Below are positions 1-7,771 of a DNA stretch of 14,105 nt, one piece after another. Each line of letters starts with the position of its first letter. Within the stretch, counting starts at the first letter, position 1. This DNA is from Myxococcales bacterium. Its GTDB lineage: Bacteria; Myxococcota_A; UBA9042. The notes beneath the pieces were generated by a model. It was not told the origin of the DNA and made no database searches. It worked only from the letters and a program-made list of their open reading frames with translations. Both the position numbers and the translations under genes were made by a program. The DNA lies in NCBI GenBank assembly GCA_037441385.1, contig JBBISH010000147.1:1-14105 (forward strand). The letters are read 5' to 3'.

Positions 1-31
1 GCCTTTGCTCCTGCGTGTACGCCTTGCCCAT
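1..31 (-). CDS. 5' end of a gene running off the left edge (MGKAYTQEQR...), product unknown, possibly HTH/transposase-like
   Basis: Minus strand reads GGAGG-tcaac-ATG GGC AAG GCG TAC ACG CAG GAG CAA AGG. Strong RBS at 41-37, 5 nt before the ATG at 31. A perfect TTGACA lies at 83-78, but with no good -10. Too short to appear in the ORF track. Confidence 0.55.
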   Translation of the reverse strand, partial: MGKAYTQEQR

Positions 32-275
32 GTTGACCTCCGCTCGTCTGGCGGTGGTTTCGCACGGTCCGGCGATCTGTCAAAATTTTTGTACACACCC
101 TCTCAACCCTTTGCGGTTTGGACGGAATTCAGCGGCAACGTGCCGATGGGGCTGCCTGGGTGCGACGCGTGGATCCAGTTCATTGCCCAGAAACCGGCGG
201 CGGCGGACCTGCATGCCCGCTTGGAAGACGCGGAAATTCTCTGTCGCTGACCGGACTTGCAAAATACCTTTAAAT

Positions 276-310
276 CCTAGTTTGCCTATAGGGAATGGCG
301 CTGCTACGCT
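276..310 (+). promoter_or_regulatory. sigma70-like promoter of the yeeE pair with an overlapping palindromic operator candidate
   Basis: TTGCCT (282-287), 17 nt, then TACGCT (305-310) preceded by TGn (extended -10). The inverted repeat CCTA-N9-TAGG (276-292) overlaps the -35, in an AT-rich patch. Confidence 0.55.
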
Positions 311-349
311 GTGGGCACGCTCTGCGGTGGCGCGGGCGGCGAGGCGAGC

Positions 350-766
350 ATGAAGCACGAGTGGTGGATGGCGTTGGTCGGCGGCGGCATCTTGGGCGCA
401 GCGTCTGGACTATTGCTCTGGGCCAATGGGCGCATCGCCGGAGTGTCTGGCATCGTCGGCAGCACGCTCCGGCCCCGCACGGGCGACGTGGCTTGGCGCT
501 TGGCCTTCTTGATCGGCCTGGCGTTGGCCGGCTGGGGCGCTGCCGCGTTGGGCAAGGTCCACTTTGACGTGACGGCGCTGCCTGGCACTAGCGCGCTGGC
601 TTTTGCCGGCGTCGCGGTCGGTTTGGGGACGCGCTACGCCAACGGCTGCACCAGCGGCCACGGCATCTGCGGTTTGTCGCGCGGATCGCTGCGCTCGCTG
701 GTGGCCACGGGCACATTCATGGCGGTGGCGGCCGGTACCGTATTCGCGGTGCGCCACCTTGGTTAG
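350..766 (+). CDS. YeeE/YedE-family sulfur-compound transporter subunit (short, PmpA/PmpB type)
   Basis: About four hydrophobic segments; family motifs NGRIAGVSG and [19 protein letters not shown] at 350 follows GAGG (341-344); the ORF track start at 311 is probably too long. Confidence 0.9.
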   Translation: MKHEWWMALVGGGILGAASGLLLWANGRIAGVSGIVGSTLRPRTGDVAWRLAFLIGLALAGWGAAALGKVHFDVTALPGTSALAFAGVAVGLGTRYANGCTSGHGICGLSRGSLRSLVATGTFMAVAAGTVFAVRHLG

Positions 767-819
767 AGCCTGAGTCGTTTACCGATGTTGCGCACATGCA
801 CCCCTTTGGGAGTACGCCA

Positions 820-1320
820 ATGAACAAGATTCTGCCCCTTGCGACCGCCCTGGCATCTGGCCTGCTTTTTGGCGCTGGCTTGGTGCTTGCCGACATGACC
901 AACCCAGGGCGCGTGCTGAATTTCCTAGACGTGGCGGGGAGTTTTGACCCCACCTTGGCCTTCGTCATGGGCGGTGCCATCGCGGTGTACGCGCCGTTGT
1001 ACTGGTTGGGTGTTCGCCGCAAGCGGCCATTGACGGTGAACTCGTTTGATCTGCCCACCTTACGGCGCATACAGCCGCGGCTGGTGCTGGGCGCGGCGCT
1101 GTTTGGCCTGGGCTGGGGGCTGTCGGGCGTGTGTCCGGGGCCGGCGCTGGTCGTTGCGGGTGCGGGCGTGGCCCCGTTGCTGCTGTTTGGTGCTGCGATG
1201 ATGGCCGGGATGGTGGCCTACGAAGTGCTGGAATGGCTGGCAGCGCGGCCACGGCCGGTCAGCGAGGTTCCGCAAGCCGATATTGCCCCTGCGTTCGCGG
1301 TCACTCCTGCCGAGCGCTAG
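820..1320 (+). CDS. YeeE/YedE-family (DUF6691-like) second transporter subunit
   Basis: Motifs GLLFGAGL..ADMTNP.RVLNFLD, FDPTLAFVMGGA and LFGLGWGLSGVCPGP. ATG at 820 follows GGGAG (808-812). Confidence 0.9.
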   Translation: MNKILPLATALASGLLFGAGLVLADMTNPGRVLNFLDVAGSFDPTLAFVMGGAIAVYAPLYWLGVRRKRPLTVNSFDLPTLRRIQPRLVLGAALFGLGWGLSGVCPGPALVVAGAGVAPLLLFGAAMMAGMVAYEVLEWLAARPRPVSEVPQADIAPAFAVTPAER

Positions 1321-1323
1321 CGG

Positions 1324-1569
1324 ACATGTCTCCTGCCTTACCGGATGGCTACTAGTGCCGCAACTGCGGTGGAAACCTGTGCGATCCTTGGCAATTGGCC
1401 CTCACCCCGCCGTCTTCGGCGTCTGCCCATCTCCCAACGCTTTGGGCGAGGGGCAATGCAATTTCCCTTTACCCCTCGCCCACTTCAGTGGGAGAGGGGT
1501 CGGCCGCAGGCCGGGGGTGACGGCTTTCGGCGCTGCGTCAGAGTAGGCAAGCGGTAAGGCAGGACATGT
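1324..1569. repeat. Long imperfect palindromic intergenic element (REP/MITE-like, two inverted units)
   Basis: ACATGTCtcCTGCCTTACCG (1324-1343) is the inverted match of CGGTAAGGCAGGACATGT (1552-1569). Inner arms 1398-1453 and 1472-1524 are inverted copies of a CCCTCACCCC..TCTCCC..GGGCGAGGGG unit, with a perfect 11-bp pairing of 1443-1453 to 1472-1482. Confidence 0.8.
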
Positions 1570-1581
1570 TTTCGTGACGCG

Positions 1582-2922
1582 CTACGGGCCCACCTCGGTC
1601 GGCAGGCCCGCTTCGACCCACGCGCCCATCCCGCCGTACACGCTCTTTACGTTGCGGTAGCCCTGGGCCTTGAGCAGCAGCATCCCAAATACCGAGCGCT
1701 TGCCCTTGGCGCAGAACGTGATGATTGGCGTGTCCAGGTCCTCGGGCAGCTCCAGCGCGGGGCCCTGAGTCAAGTCGCCCAGCGGCACGTTCAGGGCACC
1801 AGGGACGGCCTGTTGCTTGACTTCATTGGGGTTGCGCACATCGACCAGCAGTGCGCCTTGGCCCATCCGCTGCAGCGCCTCGGCTGCGCCGATGACGTCC
1901 GGACCGTTCTCGGCAAACTTGGCGGCGGCCGCGAGCTGATCGGCAAAGGGTCCGGCGGCCGGCGCGGCGGGCTCGGCGGGACCGAACAACTCGGGCAGGT
2001 GCTTGCGGAACGAAGTCATGTACTTGAAGGCGTTGTCCGGGAACATCACCACGCAGATGTTGCCCGGCTCGTCGGGCACAGCCTTGAGGACCGCAGCCAG
2101 GGCCATGCCGCTGGTGGGGCCGGCGGCGATGCTCTCTTCCAAAATCAGGCGCTTGCACATGCCGTAGGCCTCGGCGTCGCTGATTTCGAAGACACCGTCG
2201 TAGCGCTCGGGATGAAAGAAGCTGGTCAGGGCCAAGGCCTTGCGACTGCGGACGCCGGGGATGTCGTGCCCGTCGGTGGGGTGAGCACCAAAGACGCCGA
2301 TCTTCGAGTCTTTTTCCTTGAGGAACCGCCCAGTGCCGGTGATGGTGCCGCAGGTGCCCAAACCCGCGACAAAGTGGGTGATTTTGCCCTGCGTTTGCCG
2401 CCAGATCTCGGGGCCGGTGGTCAGGTAGTGCGCTTCGGGATTGGCGGGATTGGCGTATTGATTGAGCGACATCCAACCGGGTTGGTTGCCGATCTCGGCC
2501 GCCTTGGCCATCGCCCCTTCGGGCTGGCCGGGCATCGGGCACAGATCGTCCTGCAGCTCGATCAGGTTGGTGCCAAACAAGCGCAGTGCCGAGCGTTTTT
2601 CGAGCGGAATCGCCTTGCTCAGCGTGGCCGTGAAGTTGTAGCCGCGGGCATTGCTCATCATCGCCAGGCCCATACCGGTGTTGCCCGAGGTCGGCTCGAC
2701 CAGATTCTGCAGCTGGAGGCCGCGGCGTTCAGCGTCCTTGATCAAGTTGGCCGCGACCCGGTCCTTGACGGCGCCAAAGGGGTTGTACCACTCGAGCTTG
2801 GCGTACACCTGGGTGTGCTTGAAGGGGATACAGCGATTCAACCGCACGATCGGGGTCGGGTTGTCGACGCTGGACAGCATGTCCAGGGTATTGTCGTAGA
2901 CGCGCAGGTTGAAATCGGTCAC
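1582..2922 (-). CDS. PLP-dependent cysteine synthase (CysM-like) fused to a C-terminal rhodanese domain
   Basis: AKLEWYNPFGAVKDR (PLP lysine), EPTSGNTG, NQYANPAN, GLGTCGT and IPGVR; Pro/Ala linker; then LLVDVRNPNE, CAKGKRS active-site loop and GGMGAW. GTG start at 2922 lies 8 nt after GGAGG (2935-2931); the ORF track start is 2967. Confidence 0.9.
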   Translation of the reverse strand: MTDFNLRVYDNTLDMLSSVDNPTPIVRLNRCIPFKHTQVYAKLEWYNPFGAVKDRVAANLIKDAERRGLQLQNLVEPTSGNTGMGLAMMSNARGYNFTATLSKAIPLEKRSALRLFGTNLIELQDDLCPMPGQPEGAMAKAAEIGNQPGWMSLNQYANPANPEAHYLTTGPEIWRQTQGKITHFVAGLGTCGTITGTGRFLKEKDSKIGVFGAHPTDGHDIPGVRSRKALALTSFFHPERYDGVFEISDAEAYGMCKRLILEESIAAGPTSGMALAAVLKAVPDEPGNICVVMFPDNAFKYMTSFRKHLPELFGPAEPAAPAAGPFADQLAAAAKFAENGPDVIGAAEALQRMGQGALLVDVRNPNEVKQQAVPGALNVPLGDLTQGPALELPEDLDTPIITFCAKGKRSVFGMLLLKAQGYRNVKSVYGGMGAWVEAGLPTEVGP

Positions 2923-2954
2923 GAAAAGGTCCTCCGTTGGCTGCCGACTAGATA

Positions 2955-3004
2955 TCCCCATCGGCATAGTCTAGAAGTCTAGCGACCGCAAGGGGTCTTG
3001 GCAA
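2955..3004 (-). promoter_or_regulatory. sigma70-like promoter of the cysteine synthase-rhodanese gene with an operator candidate at the start site
   Basis: Minus strand TTGCCA (3004-2999), 17 nt, TAGACT (2981-2976). ACTATGCCGATGGGGA (2970-2955) follows and resembles the motif at 279-294. Confidence 0.55.
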
Positions 3005-3031
3005 CCTGGGGGCCCGTAAGGTCGTGCCCGG

Positions 3032-3061
3032 TTGGAGATTTTGGCCCTGCGCGGCTACACT
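3032..3061 (+). promoter_or_regulatory. Putative promoter of the glycan operon
   Basis: TTGGAG (3032-3037), 18 nt, TACACT (3056-3061). GCGGCTACACT recurs exactly upstream of pseC. Confidence 0.45.
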
Positions 3062-3099
3062 TTGCCCGCCGGGCGGACCTGCTCCGGCCCGGTCTGCCC

Positions 3100-4035
3100 A
3101 TGCACGGCGCCAACGGACACTATAGCCATCGGACCATCCTCAATCAGTACGCGGGGGTAGCCGACGGTACGCCGCTGCCGGGCCTGCTGCAGCACGGCTG
3201 GAATCATGATCTGGGGGCTACCCGCACCGATGTGCTGATTCCGGCTCCGCAGCCATTTTATGTGTGGAATCGTCGCAACTTGCAGCACTGTCAGCGCGCT
3301 GGCCTGGACCACGCGCTGCCGCTGGGGGCGCCGTTTCTGTATTTGCCGCCGCCCGAGGCGCGGCCGCCTGCGCCCGAACGCAGCCTGTTTGCGGTGCCGC
3401 TGCACAGCTGGGAGCGCGAGAAAGTCCGTTTGGATCTCGACGCTTATGCGGCGGCGCTGGCCGAGGTGGCGGGGCAGTTCCAAAGCGTGACCGTCAGCCT
3501 GTACTGGTACGACTACCAGGACCCGGCCAATCGCAAGTTGTTCGAGCAGCGCGGCATGAAGGTGGTGACAGCCGGTGCCCGCGATGGCAACCCGCGGTTC
3601 TTGCTGGACCAGCGCGATCAGCTCCTGGGCCACAGCCACGTGACGTCCAACCGCGTCCAGACGGGGCTTTTCTACGCGATGTACTTGGGCCTGAAGGGCT
3701 TTTTGTACGGTCCGCCGGTGGGCGTAGAAGAGCGCATCGACCGGGCCGGCGAACTGTGGGCGGCGTGGCAGGCGCACATCTTCCCCGAGCTGGCCTGGGA
3801 TGGCGCGGCCGACCGCGACCTGCGCTGGCTGGGCGCGCGCGAGCTGGGCGAGGAATTCCGCCGCACGCCACAGGAGTTGCGCGACCTGATGCTGTGGAAT
3901 CCCGGCCAGGAGCGGCAGTTGCACGAACTGTGCTGGGACTTCCGGGTGCGCTCCACCGTGGGCTGGCGGTCGCGCTGGTGGCGGCAGTGGCAGCGGGCGC
4001 AGGCCCTTCGCAAGCTCCCGCGCGTGGGCGCATAA
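3100..4035 (+). CDS. Hypothetical protein, possible GT-B-type glycosyltransferase
   Basis: Protein-like composition and GC-rich third codon positions from ATG 3100 (track start 2998 overlaps the divergent promoters). Segments LQHGW, FYVW, LGAPFLY, VTVSLYW and HVTSNRVQTGLFYA loosely suggest two Rossmann-like domains. Lies directly upstream of the flippase. Confidence 0.65.
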   Translation: MHGANGHYSHRTILNQYAGVADGTPLPGLLQHGWNHDLGATRTDVLIPAPQPFYVWNRRNLQHCQRAGLDHALPLGAPFLYLPPPEARPPAPERSLFAVPLHSWEREKVRLDLDAYAAALAEVAGQFQSVTVSLYWYDYQDPANRKLFEQRGMKVVTAGARDGNPRFLLDQRDQLLGHSHVTSNRVQTGLFYAMYLGLKGFLYGPPVGVEERIDRAGELWAAWQAHIFPELAWDGAADRDLRWLGARELGEEFRRTPQELRDLMLWNPGQERQLHELCWDFRVRSTVGWRSRWWRQWQRAQALRKLPRVGA

Positions 4036-4095
4036 TCGCCGGGCCATCGCGCCCTGTAGCTCGAACCGCCTTGCCCTCGAACGCCTGGAATCTCC

Positions 4096-5631
4096 TTGTC
4101 GCAACACCCCACCCCAGACCCGAATACCGAGCCCGTCGCGGACTCTGCCGTCCCCGCCAAGGGCAGTGTGGGGCGCATGTTGCGCAACGCCAGCCTGTAT
4201 GGTGTGGGTTCGGTGCTCGCGAGCCTGATCAGCCAGTTCATCGACCCGCTGCTCAGTTACCACCTGACGCGCGCGCAGTTTGGCCTGGTGGGGCTGGCGA
4301 CCACGGTGAGTGGGCTGCTGTCGGCCACTTACACGCTGGGCTTGGACGGGGCGGCGGGGCGGTTCTACTACGACGCCGAGCGCAACCCGGACGAGAAGCG
4401 GCGGCTGATCGGCACGCTGTTCCTGTTTCATGTGGGATGGTTGCTGGTCCTGCTGGTCGCGCACGAACTCCTTGGGCCGTGGGCCTACGGCCACTTCTTT
4501 GACGAGCTCCCGTTTGCGCCGTACGGCCGGCTCGTGGCAATCGCCCTGGTGCTGAACTCGGCGAGCGCCGTGCCGCGGGCGGTGTGGGCGGCGCGCGAAG
4601 ATGTGCAAAAACTGGTGCAGATTCGCGTTGCTGGGGCACTGGCCAGCGCGGCGACCCTGCTGGTGCTGTTGCTGGCGACCAACGCGGGGCCCACAGCGGT
4701 GCTGGCTGCGGAAGTCGTGGCGGCGGCGACGATGGCGGTCCCGACCGTGCGGTTTGTCGTGCGAACGTTCGGGTTTGCTTGGGATCGCCGGCTGCTCGCC
4801 AGCGCGCTGGCCTTCAGCCTGCCGATGGTGGTGCACCTGACTAGCCACTGGATGCTGAACGCGGCGGATCGCTTCGCCATCGAGGACCTGCTCGGTCGTG
4901 CGGATGTGGGCCTGTATTCAGCGGCTTACAAGGCCATGCTCGTTTGCATCACGCTGAACCTGTCGCTCAACGCGGCCTACGTGCCCCAGTTCATGCGGGC
5001 GCGCCAAGATCCGGAGCAGCAAGAGTTCTTGGGCCGGGCCATGACCACGCTGATCGGGCTGGCGACGGTGGGGGCGGTGGCGGTGGCAGCGCTGGGGCCC
5101 AGCGTGGTGCGGACGTTCTACAGCGGGTCGTTTGCCGCGGCCGCGGACCTGCTGGTGATGCTGGCGCCGGGCGGTGTGGCCCAGGCGCTCTACTTGATCT
5201 TTGTCAATGACCTGTTCCACTCCAAGCGGACCGCCATCATCCCGCTGCTCACGCTGGCGAGCGGTCTGGCCAACGTGGCGCTGTGCTATCTGTGGATTCC
5301 TCCATGGGGTTTGCAGGGCGCGGCCTGGGCCACTTCGGCCGGCTACCTGATCTTGGCGCTGCTGGTGGGCGCGGTGTCCAAGCTGCGCGGCAAACTGCCG
5401 TGGGAGTCGGCGCGGATGCTTCGCCTGGCCGCGGTGGCGCTGCCGACCTGGGCGCTGGCCTGGTGGCTGGACGGGCGGCTGGGGCTGGTGGCCGAGTGGG
5501 CGGCCAAGCTGGGGCTGTTGGCGGGCGCGGCCCTGGCCCTGTGGGGGAGTGGATTCGTGGTCCCCAGCGAAAAGGCGCAGTTGCGCGAGGTCGTGGCGCA
5601 GAAGCTGCGGCAGTTGCGCCGGAAAGGCTAG
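4096..5631 (+). CDS. wzx: Wzx-type oligosaccharide flippase (PST/MOP family)
   Basis: About 12-14 hydrophobic helices; NASLY..S..LL...LT..QFG and ALAFSLP...ADRFAI...LG.ADVGLYSAAYK patterns. Start uncertain: TTG 4096 or ATG 4177. Confidence 0.88.
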   Translation: MSQHPTPDPNTEPVADSAVPAKGSVGRMLRNASLYGVGSVLASLISQFIDPLLSYHLTRAQFGLVGLATTVSGLLSATYTLGLDGAAGRFYYDAERNPDEKRRLIGTLFLFHVGWLLVLLVAHELLGPWAYGHFFDELPFAPYGRLVAIALVLNSASAVPRAVWAAREDVQKLVQIRVAGALASAATLLVLLLATNAGPTAVLAAEVVAAATMAVPTVRFVVRTFGFAWDRRLLASALAFSLPMVVHLTSHWMLNAADRFAIEDLLGRADVGLYSAAYKAMLVCITLNLSLNAAYVPQFMRARQDPEQQEFLGRAMTTLIGLATVGAVAVAALGPSVVRTFYSGSFAAAADLLVMLAPGGVAQALYLIFVNDLFHSKRTAIIPLLTLASGLANVALCYLWIPPWGLQGAAWATSAGYLILALLVGAVSKLRGKLPWESARMLRLAAVALPTWALAWWLDGRLGLVAEWAAKLGLLAGAALALWGSGFVVPSEKAQLREVVAQKLRQLRRKG

Positions 5632-5641
5632 CGAGGTGGTG

Positions 5642-6511
5642 GTGGGCAATCCCTTGGTCACGGTGCTGATCCCCTGCTACAACCAGGGGCATTTCTTGGA
5701 CGAATGCCTGGCCAGCCTGCGCGCGCAGACGATGGGCGACTGGCAGGCGCTGGTGGTCAACGACTGTTCGACCGATGGCAAGACTGCGGCGCTCTGCGAC
5801 CAGCACGCCAGCGAGTACCCCAACGATCAAGTGCAGGTGCTCCATCTGCCGCACAACCACGGGCGGGCCACGGCGCGGCAGGTGGCCGTCCAACAGGCGC
5901 GCGGCACCTACGTGATGCGTTTGGACGCCGACGACTGCCTGGCGCCGGACTACCTGGCCAAGACGTTGCCGCATTTTGAGGATGGGCCCAAAATCGGCTT
6001 TGTCTACACGGATTACCGGCACTTTGGCACGCGCACCGGTATCATGCGCTTCGAGCGGTACGACGAAGCGACCTTGTACCGGCGGCAGGTGGCGCCCAAC
6101 GGTGCGCTGGTGCGGCGCGAGGCATGGCTGGGCAGCCGGGGCCACCGCGACGAGTACAATATCGGCAACGAGGACTACGACTTTTGGATGGCGCTGGCCG
6201 AGGCGGGCTGGGCTGGCGTGCACGTCCCCGAGCCGCTGTATCTGTATCGCAACCATGCGGGATCGTGGACGTCGCAGCGGATCGACGACGACCGGGTGTT
6301 TCGCTCGCGGCTGATGCTGGTCGAGCACCACCAGGCCGGCTTTGCCAAACACGCCGCCGAGGCGCAGTTTCTGGCCGACACCTGGGTGCAAGAAGGGATT
6401 CGCCGGGCGGAATTCGGTCGCCACGCCGACGCCAAGGCCGCCTTTGCCAAGGCGCTGGACTATCGGCCGGGCGATTGGCGCGCGCGGTTGGGGACCTGGA
6501 TCGGCCGCTGA
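5642..6511 (+). CDS. GT2-family glycosyltransferase with a C-terminal TPR-like repeat
   Basis: PLVTVLIPCYNQ, VVNDCSTD, LDADD (DxD) and EDYDFW motifs. The tail WVQEGI..AEFGRHADAKAAFAKALDYRPGDWRARLG fits one TPR. Start is one of the GTGs at 5636/5639/5642, near GAGG at 5633-5636. Confidence 0.88.
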   Translation: MGNPLVTVLIPCYNQGHFLDECLASLRAQTMGDWQALVVNDCSTDGKTAALCDQHASEYPNDQVQVLHLPHNHGRATARQVAVQQARGTYVMRLDADDCLAPDYLAKTLPHFEDGPKIGFVYTDYRHFGTRTGIMRFERYDEATLYRRQVAPNGALVRREAWLGSRGHRDEYNIGNEDYDFWMALAEAGWAGVHVPEPLYLYRNHAGSWTSQRIDDDRVFRSRLMLVEHHQAGFAKHAAEAQFLADTWVQEGIRRAEFGRHADAKAAFAKALDYRPGDWRARLGTWIGR

Positions 6512-6522
6512 ACGGCGCGCGT

Positions 6523-6551
6523 TTGTCGCCTCTCGCCATTGCGGCTACACT
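6523..6551 (+). promoter_or_regulatory. Putative internal promoter upstream of pseC
   Basis: TTGTCG (6523-6528), 17 nt, TACACT (6546-6551), in the short gap before pseC. Confidence 0.5.
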
Positions 6552-6592
6552 GCCGGCCGCCCGGGGACCGCCTTTGCCCCGCCGGAAACGCC

Positions 6593-7768
6593 ATGAGCAC
6601 GCCCTTCTTGCCCTACGGCCGTCAAAGCATCAGTGACGACGACATCGCCGCCGTCACTGCGGTTTTGCGCAGCGATTTCTTGACCCAAGGCCCCGAGGTC
6701 GAACGCTTCGAAGCGTCGTTGCGCGCGGCCTGCGGTGCCAAGCACGCGATCGCCTACAGCCATGGCACAGCTGCCCTTTTTGGCGCTTGTTGGGCGGCAG
6801 GCGTGGGTCCGGGCGACGAAGTCGTCACTTCCGCGATTACCTTTGCCGCCTCGGCCAATTGCGCTGCGTACTTGGGCGCTTTGCCAGTGTTCGCTGATGT
6901 GCGGGCCGATACCTGCGGCGTGGATGTGGCGAGCTTGGAGCGGGCGATCACGCCCAAGACCAAGGTGTTGATTCCCGTGGACTTTACTGGGCAGCCCGCC
7001 GATCTGGCGCAGGTGCACGCCCTGGCCAAGCAGCGCGGTCTGTTGGTCATCGAAGACGCGGCGCACAGCCTGGGAGCGGTCTACCAGGGCGAGCCCGTGG
7101 GCTGCGGCCACTACGCCGACATGACGATGCTGAGCTTTCACCCGGTCAAGCACATCACCACCGGCGAGGGCGGCGCCGTGCTGACCAACGACGATAACTT
7201 GGCGCACCGTCTGCGTTTGTTTCGCAATCACGGCATCGAGCGCGACGAGTCGCGGTTTGTCACGCAGCCCAGCCCGGGGCCGTGGTACCACGAGATGCAG
7301 GAGCTGGGGCACAATTTTCGCCTGACCGACCTGCAGGCCGCGCTGGGGCGTTCGCAGATGACGCGTTTGCCGGCCTTTGTCGCGCGTCGCCGCGAAATTG
7401 CGGCACTTTACGACAAGTTGCTGGCCGATTTGCCGCGGATTCGGCCCCTGGCGCAGCTGCCGGACCGGCGGAGCAGCTACCACTTGTATGCGGTGCAGAT
7501 CGACCTGGCGGCTGCGGGCAAGGATCGCGCCCAAGTCATGCACGAGCTGAGGCAACTGGGTGTCGGCTCTCAGGTTCACTACATCCCGGTCTACCGACAT
7601 CCCTTCCATCAGCGCAACCTGGCCGCGGCCGGTCGGGCGCACCGGCCCGAGCAATTCCCCAATGCCGAAGCCTATTACGCCGGCGCCCTGTCGCTGCCGA
7701 TGTACCCGGCGCTTGCGGACGAGGACGTGGTGCGGGTCGTTGACGGCCTGCGCCAGGTGGTCGGGTAG
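6593..7768 (+). CDS. pseC: UDP-4-amino-4,6-dideoxy-N-acetyl-beta-L-altrosamine transaminase (DegT/DnrJ family, PseC/SpsC type)
   Basis: LPYGRQSI..DDI.AV..VLRSDFLTQGP N-terminus, IEDAAHSLG, SFHPVKHITTGEGG (PLP lysine), GHNFRLTD, QVHYIPV and LSLPMYP. Confidence 0.88.
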   Translation: MSTPFLPYGRQSISDDDIAAVTAVLRSDFLTQGPEVERFEASLRAACGAKHAIAYSHGTAALFGACWAAGVGPGDEVVTSAITFAASANCAAYLGALPVFADVRADTCGVDVASLERAITPKTKVLIPVDFTGQPADLAQVHALAKQRGLLVIEDAAHSLGAVYQGEPVGCGHYADMTMLSFHPVKHITTGEGGAVLTNDDNLAHRLRLFRNHGIERDESRFVTQPSPGPWYHEMQELGHNFRLTDLQAALGRSQMTRLPAFVARRREIAALYDKLLADLPRIRPLAQLPDRRSSYHLYAVQIDLAAAGKDRAQVMHELRQLGVGSQVHYIPVYRHPFHQRNLAAAGRAHRPEQFPNAEAYYAGALSLPMYPALADEDVVRVVDGLRQVVG

Positions 7769-7771
7769 GTC

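Noticed and set aside
5..250. 81-aa plus-strand ORF and other short ORFs within 1-358
   Set aside because: No motif or RBS support; they overlap the divergent promoter region and the better-supported minus-strand start at 31.
1283..1557. Short ORFs across the gap between the convergent genes
   Set aside because: They are translations of the palindromic repeat element.
1324..1569. CRISPR array, tRNA or canonical GTAG-REP interpretation of the repeat
   Set aside because: The units are inverted rather than regularly spaced direct repeats, there is no cloverleaf, and the GTAG tetranucleotides are not followed by a REP-type palindrome.
1813..2982. 389-aa plus-strand ORF
   Set aside because: Antisense shadow of the motif-supported cysteine synthase-rhodanese gene.
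3055..4848. 597-aa minus-strand ORF
   Set aside because: Antisense to the hypothetical gene and the flippase; R/Q/H-rich shadow composition.
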